From assembly GCA_964627305.1 (NCBI GenBank), contig CAZVHP010000003.1, positions 64,927 to 128,926 on the forward strand: 64,000 bases of DNA, given 5' to 3'. Position numbers and translations under genes: made by a program. Numbering within the stretch: the first letter of the stretch is position 1; each line of letters starts with the position of its first letter. Shown here piece after piece: positions 55,880 to 64,000 of this stretch. The stretch is from an uncultured Ignavibacteriales bacterium (GTDB lineage Bacteria > Zixibacteria > MSB-5A5 > GN15 > FEB-12). The notes below the pieces were generated by a model that was given only the letters and a program-made list of their open reading frames with translations, ran no database searches and was not told the origin of the DNA.

Positions 55880-56123
55880 TGCCATTTACGTGCCGGCCTG
55901 CTGGAGGTTGTGCATATTGCCGTGTAACGGCTTACGTGACGGAGGTATCGATCGACTTGAAAGACAAAGCCATGTTCTCACAACGTTACAACGTTATTCT
56001 GTCTTTGTCCGGAAGTCCTCTCCGTTGAACATGAGTGATTGGTTGGTTCCGGTCCGGCGTTAAATGGGTTTCGCCGCGATTGGTTGGTAACGCAAAGTAA
56101 GTGTTCTTTCAGGAGGCATAAAG

Positions 56124-59100
56124 ATGCTCAACGGATACAGGCATCGCTTCGTTCTGCTGGTACTGCTGGTATTCGCTGTCATGATTCCGGCAAGTGTTTT
56201 CGGGGCGGCGGAAGGTCAGATTAAGGGGAAGGTGACGGCCAGGGAATCGGGCAATCCGGTGGTTGGCGCCTCGGTGTTGATTGTGGGAACCACCCGTGGT
56301 GCCATGACCGATTTCGACGGCAACTATATCATCCGTCAGGTTGAACCGGGAACGTATACGCTCCGCATCAGTCATCTTGATTACCAGAACGTGGATATCA
56401 CCGACGTGGTGGTGCGGTCGGACTTGACGACAGAGCAGAATATGGCTCTGGCCCAGGATGAGATCGGTCTTGATGAGAAGATCACGGTGATGGGGGAGAG
56501 AGACATTCTGGACCGGTTTGAAGTATCGAACCAACAGACGATTTCCAAGGAAGTGATTGCGTCGCGGCCGGTGACGACGGTTGATGATCTGCTGACGCAG
56601 GTGGCCGGTGTGATTACGAACACTCAGGGTGAGATCTTCATACGCGGCGGTCGTGCGGGTGAGATATCGTACATCGTGGACGGTGTGCAGATTGGCGATC
56701 CTCTTGGAGCGCTGGGGCAGGCGGGGGCGCAGCTTTCGCTGGTGTCCGGGTCGATTCAGGAGTTTACGGTCATTAAGGACGGTTTTGATCCTGAGTATGG
56801 TGATGCTTTGTCGGGCATTGTGAAGATCACGACGCAGACGGGTTCCAAGGATTTCACGCGAATCAATGCTCAGTTCATCACGGATGATTTCGGCAACGAG
56901 TCACTTAACAAGTATTCTCGCAATAACGACTTTGTGCGGTTTTCTGTCTCGGGTCCGGATCCGTTGTTCAAGAGCAAGCTGCTTCCTGCTTTGGGGATCA
57001 ACTGGCTTGAGGACAAGGAGTTGACGTATTACTTCTATGGTGAGGTTGACAAGTCTGATGGTGTGTTTCAGTACGAGACGTATGATTCGGATTTGACTCG
57101 TCGCAGGGCACGGAGTCTGGATCTTCTGGGGATAGATGTTCCCGAGCGATTGACTAACAAGTATTACTGGATGACGAATATCCGTTTCCGCCCGCGTCAG
57201 GACATCAAGATGATCCTGTCGTACAAGAACAACAAGGTACAGCGCACGATATTCGACTGGGACTTCCGGTATTCGCCTAATACGGCGCCAGTTCAGGAGT
57301 CGTGGTGGAATTCTTTGTCGCTGGAGATTTCGCAGACGCTGTCGCGTAACATGAACTATGAGGCGGTGATTTCGTACACGGAGAACGGAATCCGGCAGCA
57401 GCCGGGTGACCCGCGCAACCCCGGTCGTGGTCTGAATCCTGATGATATTGCGTTGGACACTGAGTGGGAGACGTTCGAGGATCGGAACAATAATGGTGTG
57501 TATGATCCGCCCGAGCCGATTATCAACATATTCCCTGATACGATGACGTACGGACTAGATTTCACGGGGCCGGCGTACACGTTTGGCGAGTACGTGTGGA
57601 TTGGTGATCAGCTGGTCCCGCTGACTCTGTACAACAGCCAGGCAGCGGTGGACGAACTCACGTTCTTCCGGTTCAACGACAATCTCATTCTGGACAGCCT
57701 CGAGGGCGAGGCGTTCATAGATTTGAATGGTAACGGTGTATGGGATGCCGGTGATTATCTGTATGACCGGAACGGGAATGGCATACTGGACGGCCCGCGT
57801 GACTGGTGGGTGAACGTTCGCGAGCCGGAGCCGTTTGTTCGGGGGGATTCGGTCATTGGCGAGCCGTTCATTGATGTTAACGGTAACGGTGTGTATGACC
57901 CCGGTTTAGATATCTGGGACCGTCTGACGATGGATTTGAATCGGAACGGTCAGTATGACGGACCGAACGACGCGTGGGAGCCGGGGATTCCGTTTGAGGA
58001 TCGAAACGGCAATGGTTTGTTTGACGACCCCAGTGCCACCACCAACTACACCCCCGGTGATCCGTTCATCGATTTGAACGGTAACGGTATCTGGGATCCG
58101 GGAGGTTCGGCGAGTTTTCTGCGCTATGGCAGCTGGGATCAGAACATGTTGTGGCACTATTCGAACACCAAGACCTGGACGGGTGAGTTCAAGATGTTCT
58201 GGCAGTTGGGTAATCACGAATTGAAGGCCGGGTTTGCTACCCGCTTCCGGGATTTCGTGTACCAGGAGATCAGTCGCCCGTACACGCTGTACACGGGGCG
58301 TCCGGACGGCGGGCCGTATTCTGATCGAGGTTCCTTCCGTGACATGTTTGCTTACAAGCCGTATGGTGGTTATTTCTACATGCGCGACAAGCTTGAGTAT
58401 GGATCGATGATTGCTTCGCTCGGTTTCCGCTGGGACTACTTTGTTCAGGACACCGATCGGTTGATCCCGGTTGCTCAGCAGGACGACCTGGGGTCCGGTG
58501 TGATCTACGGTGACCGTCACAAGATATCGCCTCGGATTGGGTTCTCGTATCCGATTTCGGACAAGGCGAAGGTGCACTTCAATTACGGCCACTTCTATCA
58601 GATGCCGCCGCTGAATCGGTTGTACGCTCGCAACACGGCCTCGATCACGGAGAACACGGTTATCGGCAACTACAATCTGGACTATGTGAAGACGGTGCAG
58701 TACTCGTTCGGTGTGAAGTATGCCATGTCGGACTACTATTCTCTGGATATCTCGGGGTACTTCAAGGATGAGTTTGACAAGATCAACTCGTACGTGGTAC
58801 GTGTTGGCGGTCTTGAGTACCAGCAGTATCGTAACACTGACTATGGGCGCAGTCGCGGATTCGAGATGACGCTGGAGAAGCGTGGTGGTGGCTATGTCAA
58901 CGGCATGTTGAGTTACACATATGCGTTTGCGTTCGGCAAGGCCTCGCAGTCCAACGAGAACTACTTGTCGGACTTTGAGCTTTCGCGTGAGCCATTGGAC
59001 GAGGCGGCACTGGATCACGATGTACGTCACTCGCTGGTGGGTAATGTTCAGTTTTACATTCCGTCGACAGTCAAGCCGCGGTTATTCGGCTTGCCGATCC

Positions 59101-59477
59101 CGAATGGCTGGTCGTTGTCGATTGAGACGCTGATTCAGAGTGGGCGGCCGTTTACACCGACGAATCTGTACCCGGGTATTGACCGTGAATCCGGTGAGGA
59201 CATTCAGCGGAACTCGCTTCGCATGCCGTCGATTGTCAATTTCGATATTCGCTTCATGAAGGAATTCAAGTTCGTCGGGATGGACTACAACTTCATCGTG
59301 TGGGTGGAGAACATCTTTGACAACAAGAACGTGGCTTATGTGTACCCCGCGACGGGTCGTCCGGATACACGGCAGAATATCAATCAGCAGATTTTTGGTG
59401 GCACGGCTTATGATGCCAATCCGGCGCACTGGGATTATGGGCGCCAGATTCGTGTCGGGCTTGAGGTGAATCTGTAA
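56124..59477 (+). CDS. TonB-dependent receptor with N-terminal CarboxypepD_reg domain and an internal Ca-binding-like repeat insertion
   Basis: Signal peptide, then GKVTARESGNPVVGASVLIVGT...FDGNYIIRQVEPGTYTL. Plug region followed by a barrel. Between about aa 440 and 665 there are at least 8 D-x-N-G-N-G-x-x-D motifs. Confidence 0.9.
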   Translation: MLNGYRHRFVLLVLLVFAVMIPASVFGAAEGQIKGKVTARESGNPVVGASVLIVGTTRGAMTDFDGNYIIRQVEPGTYTLRISHLDYQNVDITDVVVRSDLTTEQNMALAQDEIGLDEKITVMGERDILDRFEVSNQQTISKEVIASRPVTTVDDLLTQVAGVITNTQGEIFIRGGRAGEISYIVDGVQIGDPLGALGQAGAQLSLVSGSIQEFTVIKDGFDPEYGDALSGIVKITTQTGSKDFTRINAQFITDDFGNESLNKYSRNNDFVRFSVSGPDPLFKSKLLPALGINWLEDKELTYYFYGEVDKSDGVFQYETYDSDLTRRRARSLDLLGIDVPERLTNKYYWMTNIRFRPRQDIKMILSYKNNKVQRTIFDWDFRYSPNTAPVQESWWNSLSLEISQTLSRNMNYEAVISYTENGIRQQPGDPRNPGRGLNPDDIALDTEWETFEDRNNNGVYDPPEPIINIFPDTMTYGLDFTGPAYTFGEYVWIGDQLVPLTLYNSQAAVDELTFFRFNDNLILDSLEGEAFIDLNGNGVWDAGDYLYDRNGNGILDGPRDWWVNVREPEPFVRGDSVIGEPFIDVNGNGVYDPGLDIWDRLTMDLNRNGQYDGPNDAWEPGIPFEDRNGNGLFDDPSATTNYTPGDPFIDLNGNGIWDPGGSASFLRYGSWDQNMLWHYSNTKTWTGEFKMFWQLGNHELKAGFATRFRDFVYQEISRPYTLYTGRPDGGPYSDRGSFRDMFAYKPYGGYFYMRDKLEYGSMIASLGFRWDYFVQDTDRLIPVAQQDDLGSGVIYGDRHKISPRIGFSYPISDKAKVHFNYGHFYQMPPLNRLYARNTASITENTVIGNYNLDYVKTVQYSFGVKYAMSDYYSLDISGYFKDEFDKINSYVVRVGGLEYQQYRNTDYGRSRGFEMTLEKRGGGYVNGMLSYTYAFAFGKASQSNENYLSDFELSREPLDEAALDHDVRHSLVGNVQFYIPSTVKPRLFGLPIPNGWSLSIETLIQSGRPFTPTNLYPGIDRESGEDIQRNSLRMPSIVNFDIRFMKEFKFVGMDYNFIVWVENIFDNKNVAYVYPATGRPDTRQNINQQIFGGTAYDANPAHWDYGRQIRVGLEVNL

Positions 59478-59528
59478 AGGCTGTGCAGTTAGTGGAAAAG
59501 AACAGAGGACTTACATACAGAGGTTATC

Positions 59529-60518
59529 ATGCTCGTGGAATCAGGTAGGGTTTCGAAGGTAGTGGCACATCGCCGGAGAGTGTTACTGATAGTGGCACTG
59601 CTGGCGGTTGTGTTATGCCTTGCGGCACCATCGAAAGTGATGGCCCAGGCCAAGGTGGGTACGACGGGCGCTCAGTTTCTGGAACTGGGTATCTCGGCTC
59701 GGGCAATGGGCATGGCGGAAGCGTTTACGGCAGTAGTCGATGATATATCGGCCATTTACTACAATCCGGCGGCGCTGGTATTGTTGTACAACCGTGAGGC
59801 CATGTTCACCTACGTTGATATGCCGGCCGGGGTTGGTTACGGGTTCGGTGGTATCGGGCTTCCGCTGGAGTCGATTGGCGGAGTGTTGGGTATAGGTGTG
59901 TATGCGCTGTCGTCAGGTGAGATGACTGAGACGACGTATTTCGACGGACAGGCATATGGTACCGGCCGGACATTCGGTTACAACGGATTCTCGCTGGGGG
60001 TGAGTTACGGGCGTTACCTGACGGATCGTTTTTCGGTTGGTTTCACTGTGAAGTATATCGGTGAGTTTGCTCATGATTATTCGGCCAACGGTTGGTCGGC
60101 GGATGTGGGTACCAACTATGACACCGGTTTCCGCAGTTTCCGGATCGGGATGGCGATTACCAATTTCGGTCCTGACATGAAGTTCATTCAGAACTCGTAT
60201 CCGCTGCCGATCAACTTCAAGTTTGGCGGTTCGATCAACGTGATCGACGGATACGATCATGTTTTGCGGTTCTCGGCTGAGGGTACGCATCCATCGGACA
60301 ACCTGGAGAAGTACAACTCCGGTCTTGAGTACATTTTCAAGGAGCGGTTCATCCTTCGTGGTGGCGGTCGGTTCAACTATGATGTTGACGGCTTCACGTT
60401 TGGTGGTGGTTTGCGGTTGCCGTTTGCTGATGACCGTGAGCTTCGGATCGATTATGCATATCAGGATTTCGGTATTTTGACGGAAGTGCACCGGTTTTCA
60501 TTGGTTTTCGCGTTCTAA
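59529..60518 (+). CDS. PorV/PorQ-family outer membrane beta-barrel protein
   Basis: Signal peptide. The mature N-terminus AQAKVGTTGAQFLELGISARAMGMAEAFTAVVDDISAIYYNPAAL matches the PorV-family signature pattern. Confidence 0.7.
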   Translation: MLVESGRVSKVVAHRRRVLLIVALLAVVLCLAAPSKVMAQAKVGTTGAQFLELGISARAMGMAEAFTAVVDDISAIYYNPAALVLLYNREAMFTYVDMPAGVGYGFGGIGLPLESIGGVLGIGVYALSSGEMTETTYFDGQAYGTGRTFGYNGFSLGVSYGRYLTDRFSVGFTVKYIGEFAHDYSANGWSADVGTNYDTGFRSFRIGMAITNFGPDMKFIQNSYPLPINFKFGGSINVIDGYDHVLRFSAEGTHPSDNLEKYNSGLEYIFKERFILRGGGRFNYDVDGFTFGGGLRLPFADDRELRIDYAYQDFGILTEVHRFSLVFAF

Positions 60519-60539
60519 CCAAGGTAGGGTGATAAGATC

Positions 60540-62756
60540 ATGATGAATATGAGAAGTGTTTTTGCCACATCGACGGCGCGGGCGGTAGCTGTCCTGGTGC
60601 TGCTGACGGCAGGTCTGGCGATTCTGATCGGCGCCTGTACCGACAGGTTGTCCGGTGAGTTCAGCGCCAACGAGCCGCCGGTTGTGTTCTTCACCAATAT
60701 TCCGCCCGACGGCGAGCAGTTCTCCCGGAACCCGGTGGTTTACTGGTATGGCGCGGACCGCGACGGGTTGATCGACTACTACCGCTACCATGTGTGGGCG
60801 GTGCCGGACGGGAACACGTTGTCGCCGGAGGACTATATAACGACGGTGCATGACTCGCTGTGGACCATTATTGATATCGATCCGAAGGCCGCCGATCAGA
60901 AGACGACCAATGTTGTGGAGTTAAAGGCGGATTCCAGCGACCCGGTGACCTCGTATGTACGGCAGTATGTCTTTTTGCAGGCGTTTGACTATGAGGGTTT
61001 GGGTTCAGAGATTGTGTATCGGCTCTTCTCGCGCAACACCAATCCGCCGACTACCGAGATATTCGCTATCGGTGAAGGAATTACGCCGTTTGTGAATGCG
61101 GTTGAACGCGGCGGTGTAAGCACAGGTGTATTCCTAAGATGGCGCGGTGCAGACCCGATCGACTATCCCAAGGATCCGCCGCCGTTGGAGTTCGAGTGGC
61201 GGTTGTTTGGTCCGTTTGGCGGGGAGGGTGAGCCGACGGTTACCGAGTTCTATGAGAACTTCAGAATTGATGTGTTCCTGACGCGTGATGGGAAGCGTTA
61301 TCGCAACGGTGAGTATATCTACACCTGTGATACGACAATTGCTGAAGAGATTGTGATCGAGTGCGACTCGTTCCTCGTTGACAAGAACAACAATGCCGCC
61401 ATGCAGGCCATTTTCGACAACTTCGGGACTGACTATGGTCGCTGGAAACAGTTCCTTCGGATAAACGATGCCGATTTTGCCAGTTCCGAGTTCAATGTTG
61501 TTGCGGCGAGGTCCTCGCGCGGGAATCCGGCGTTGCCTGAGGATCAGTGGATCATGGCAACGGCTGACACGATCTACAACGTGTTTCGGGATTATCCTAC
61601 CGATGAGACAATCCGACGTGATTTCGTCTTCTGGGTGCGTTCTCGCGATGATGCCTTTGTGGTTGATCTGACTCCTCCGTTTCTCACCTTCCCGGTCGTC
61701 GAGCCGAGGCACGAGCGGGATGTTCTGGTTATCGACTTCACTCAGTCTGGCCCAGCGACTCTACCTTATCCAGCGGTTGGCAGGGCCTACTGGCGGCAGT
61801 GGATTGACACATGGGGAGAGAAGAGGATGGCCGCAATCGGACGACCGGACTCCACGTTCCAGTACGATGATACGACGGCTGTTGGTACGACACCGGGCAT
61901 TTACCGGGATTTCATTGTTGCTAATCAGATGTTGAGCCAAGCTCCTATCTCTCTGGAGTCGGTATTGCAGCATAAGGTTGTTGTCTTGGTCAATGACGGC
62001 GTGTATAGAGCAGGTTTGCACAATGCGCAATTCCGGGGGCAGGTAGCGGCGGTGTGGAGGGGTATAGATGCGGGTGTCAATGCCTGGCTCACCATGCGTG
62101 CCACAGCCATCGGCAATGCGTTTGCGTCACCGGCATTCGGAGTACCGGTTTTTCTGGCGTCGCCCAACTACACATGGTACTTCGGTGTGGCAGCGACGAA
62201 CTTCTCCGGCTGGATGTGCCATGCCGGTACCATAGCGTGTGGTGACACCGTGCGGATTGAAGACTTTGTTGGCACATATAGCCTTAGGCCCCATGTCTGG
62301 CCGGAACTGGACGTTGACGATTCTCTTCATCGGGTACGGTATGACTGGAGCCAGCTAGCACAGTTCGGATTGGGTTACGATTCCACACTTCCGGCTGTAC
62401 CGGAGGTGGGGTGGTCAAGCCGTGTGTTTGGCACCGATCCAATCTACCTCTATAAGTCGCTGTATGGTCCCAACCATCCGCTTGGAGGCGACTATGTCTT
62501 CGAGGGAGCACCGGTGACGCACACGTTCGATCGTGGGTTCTTCCGGACGATCAACATGAACTTCACGCTCACGGCGATCAAGCAGGAACAGGCGGATTCG
62601 GTGGTGGCGCTTGCCCTGAACTGGCTGATGGAGCCGTGGGACATTGCCGAGGGCCGCGGGGCGCCGGCAGGTGTGCCGCACTACAACGAGAACGCACCGG
62701 CAAAGCTGACGCTTGATGAGGCTCGCAGCAACTATTTGCAGAGAGTGAGCTGGTAG
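60540..62756 (+). CDS. large hypothetical lipoprotein
   Basis: 738 aa with lipobox LAILIGAC. No motif recognised. Confidence 0.65.
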   Translation: MMNMRSVFATSTARAVAVLVLLTAGLAILIGACTDRLSGEFSANEPPVVFFTNIPPDGEQFSRNPVVYWYGADRDGLIDYYRYHVWAVPDGNTLSPEDYITTVHDSLWTIIDIDPKAADQKTTNVVELKADSSDPVTSYVRQYVFLQAFDYEGLGSEIVYRLFSRNTNPPTTEIFAIGEGITPFVNAVERGGVSTGVFLRWRGADPIDYPKDPPPLEFEWRLFGPFGGEGEPTVTEFYENFRIDVFLTRDGKRYRNGEYIYTCDTTIAEEIVIECDSFLVDKNNNAAMQAIFDNFGTDYGRWKQFLRINDADFASSEFNVVAARSSRGNPALPEDQWIMATADTIYNVFRDYPTDETIRRDFVFWVRSRDDAFVVDLTPPFLTFPVVEPRHERDVLVIDFTQSGPATLPYPAVGRAYWRQWIDTWGEKRMAAIGRPDSTFQYDDTTAVGTTPGIYRDFIVANQMLSQAPISLESVLQHKVVVLVNDGVYRAGLHNAQFRGQVAAVWRGIDAGVNAWLTMRATAIGNAFASPAFGVPVFLASPNYTWYFGVAATNFSGWMCHAGTIACGDTVRIEDFVGTYSLRPHVWPELDVDDSLHRVRYDWSQLAQFGLGYDSTLPAVPEVGWSSRVFGTDPIYLYKSLYGPNHPLGGDYVFEGAPVTHTFDRGFFRTINMNFTLTAIKQEQADSVVALALNWLMEPWDIAEGRGAPAGVPHYNENAPAKLTLDEARSNYLQRVSW

Positions 62757-62788
62757 CGGTTCTGAGTGTTTCGATATGACAACCTTTA

Positions 62789-62828
62789 CGGGGTCGGCCA
62801 CTGGTCGGCCCCGTTTTCTTTTCTTTTC
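62789..62828 (+). terminator. rho-independent terminator
   Basis: CGGGGTCGGCC-act-GGTCGGCCCCG (two G-U pairs) followed by TTTTCTTTTCTTTTC. It lies between convergent genes. Confidence 0.75.
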
Positions 62829-62858
62829 GTTGCGGCGGGGCGGCGGGGCAGTGTGATG

Positions 62859-64000
62859 TCAGTGTGGTTGACGGAGGGACCGGATGAGCTGGTTGTCGGG
62901 GAAACGTCGCTCGGCCAGAGTAAGGATGCTGTCGGCTTTGCGCAGGTCACCGCTGGCGATCAGGCCGGAGACGAGGTTGATCCAGGCCTCGGCGAGCGAG
63001 GAATCGCGGGCGATGGCCTCGCGGGTAAGGGCAATGGAGCGCTGGTAGAGGCCCTCACGACCGGCAAGGTAGCCGAGCTGGTACCAGGCCTGTGCCTGCT
63101 GGCGTCGCCAGGAGTCGGGGCTGTTGATCCAGTCGGGTCCAAAGGCGGCATCATCGGTTTCGATGGGGGGGCGCGGCGCGCGGGTGGTGATTTCGAGGTA
63201 GTGTCGGGCGGCCTCGATCTCCTGCCGTGACATGGCCAGCAGGCCGCACTCGAGGGCAGTGTAGACGCTGGTATCGGTACGGTCGAGGGCGCGATCGGCC
63301 GCGCGGGTGAACGACACGGGGTCAGCCAGCGTGTCGCCGGCGACAGCGCGCAGCCAGACACGGTTGGCGGTGATGTCATAAGGGGCAATGGTGAGGGCCC
63401 GTTCAGCTAAGTGCAGGGCGTCATCGGGCCGGTTCTGCAGCAGAGCTATGGAGGCGAGGTTGGTCCATGCCTTGTGGCGTCCGGGGTGCAGGGCTGTTTC
63501 CCGCTCAAACTGCTGCCGGGCGCGGTCGGTGTGGCCGAGGCGCAGGAGTGAGACGCCGACATTCAGGTGGAGTTCCGGGAAGGTGCTGTCGCTTTCGGCG
63601 GCTCGAGAGAGGAGGCGAAGGGCGTGGTCATGGTCGCCCCGGGACTGGTAGTGGAGGGCCTCGGAGATGAGTGGTTGTGCCGAGGTGGCGGCCTCGGGGC
63701 TGTGACCGGGCAGGTGGGCGGCGGCCAGGGCAAGCAGGGCAGTTGGCAGGATAAACCACAGGCGGCGGGAGCGGGCAGCGATGCTCCTGACAAGGATGAT
63801 GGTGCCAATTGCGGTGAAGACATAGAAGCAGGGCAGCAGCGGCAGGCGGAAGCGGGAGTTGAAGAAAAAGAGCGCCATTGCGGCGGTGTAGACCAGAATG
63901 GTCGCGGCGAGTAAAACGTACTCAGAGCGCGAGCGCCAGCCGAAGATGAGGCCGACAACCGAGGCGGCCAGCAGCCAGGCGAACGAGAGCGGGTTGTAGC
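62859..64000 (-). CDS. membrane protein with C-terminal TPR repeats (5' end beyond right edge)
   Basis: ORF 62859..63878 stays open in frame to 64000 (...YNPLSFAWLLAASVVGLIFGW...). N-terminal TM helices followed by TPR repeats. Confidence 0.7.
   Translation of the reverse strand, partial: YNPLSFAWLLAASVVGLIFGWRSRSEYVLLAATILVYTAAMALFFFNSRFRLPLLPCFYVFTAIGTIILVRSIAARSRRLWFILPTALLALAAAHLPGHSPEAATSAQPLISEALHYQSRGDHDHALRLLSRAAESDSTFPELHLNVGVSLLRLGHTDRARQQFERETALHPGRHKAWTNLASIALLQNRPDDALHLAERALTIAPYDITANRVWLRAVAGDTLADPVSFTRAADRALDRTDTSVYTALECGLLAMSRQEIEAARHYLEITTRAPRPPIETDDAAFGPDWINSPDSWRRQQAQAWYQLGYLAGREGLYQRSIALTREAIARDSSLAEAWINLVSGLIASGDLRKADSILTLAERRFPDNQLIRSLRQPH

Noticed and set aside
55880-56123. 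Cobalamin riboswitch upstream of the TonB-dependent receptor.
   Set aside because: I could find no B12-box-like GCCACTG or AGYCMGG core. Only generic hairpins are present, so this is kept only as a low-interest leader observation.

Overview
High-GC (~60-65% by eye) bacterial chromosomal window, probably from an uncultivated Gram-negative of the FCB-like radiation. The lineage guess is inference from PEP-CTERM and dockerin-tagged surface proteins, a PorV-like OMP, a TonB-dependent receptor and several sigma-54 activators. I support about 50 CDS. Clear housekeeping genes are lipA, an rluB-type pseudouridine synthase, scpB-scpA-trpS, an LplA-type ligase, tspO, an LpxL-type acyltransferase, a GT9 heptosyltransferase and an MFP/FtsX-permease/TolC efflux set. 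I recognised no rRNA, tRNA, CRISPR array, transposase or integrase. The most unusual content is a compact (<=13.4 kb) HK97-type head/packaging island at 3.5-16.3 kb. It carries portal-like, large terminase, S78-like protease fusion, DUF2190-like and major capsid genes. It has no recognisable tail, integration, replication, lysogeny or small-terminase genes. Its distal half encodes a BNR propeller and signal-peptide-bearing proteins that are translationally coupled to the head genes. Two copies of the palindrome AGTGTCC-N7-GGACA lie exactly 300 bp apart upstream of the island. Other notable items: (1) an orphan Rad50/SbcC-like ATPase overlapping a membrane-anchored SNase gene; (2) a REP/MITE-like palindromic repeat family at four intergenic loci, one copy flanked by a 20-bp direct duplication; (3) a small secreted protein next to a TPR-GAF-sigma54 activator; (4) a WYL regulator divergent from a DUF6569-like gene with a palindromic operator candidate; (5) a 1633-aa dockerin-tagged surface protein behind an 880-bp AT-rich leader; (6) a TonB receptor with an EF-hand-like repeat insertion, followed by a PorV-like OMP and a large lipoprotein. 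All family calls come from motif reading by eye and need HMM or structure confirmation.
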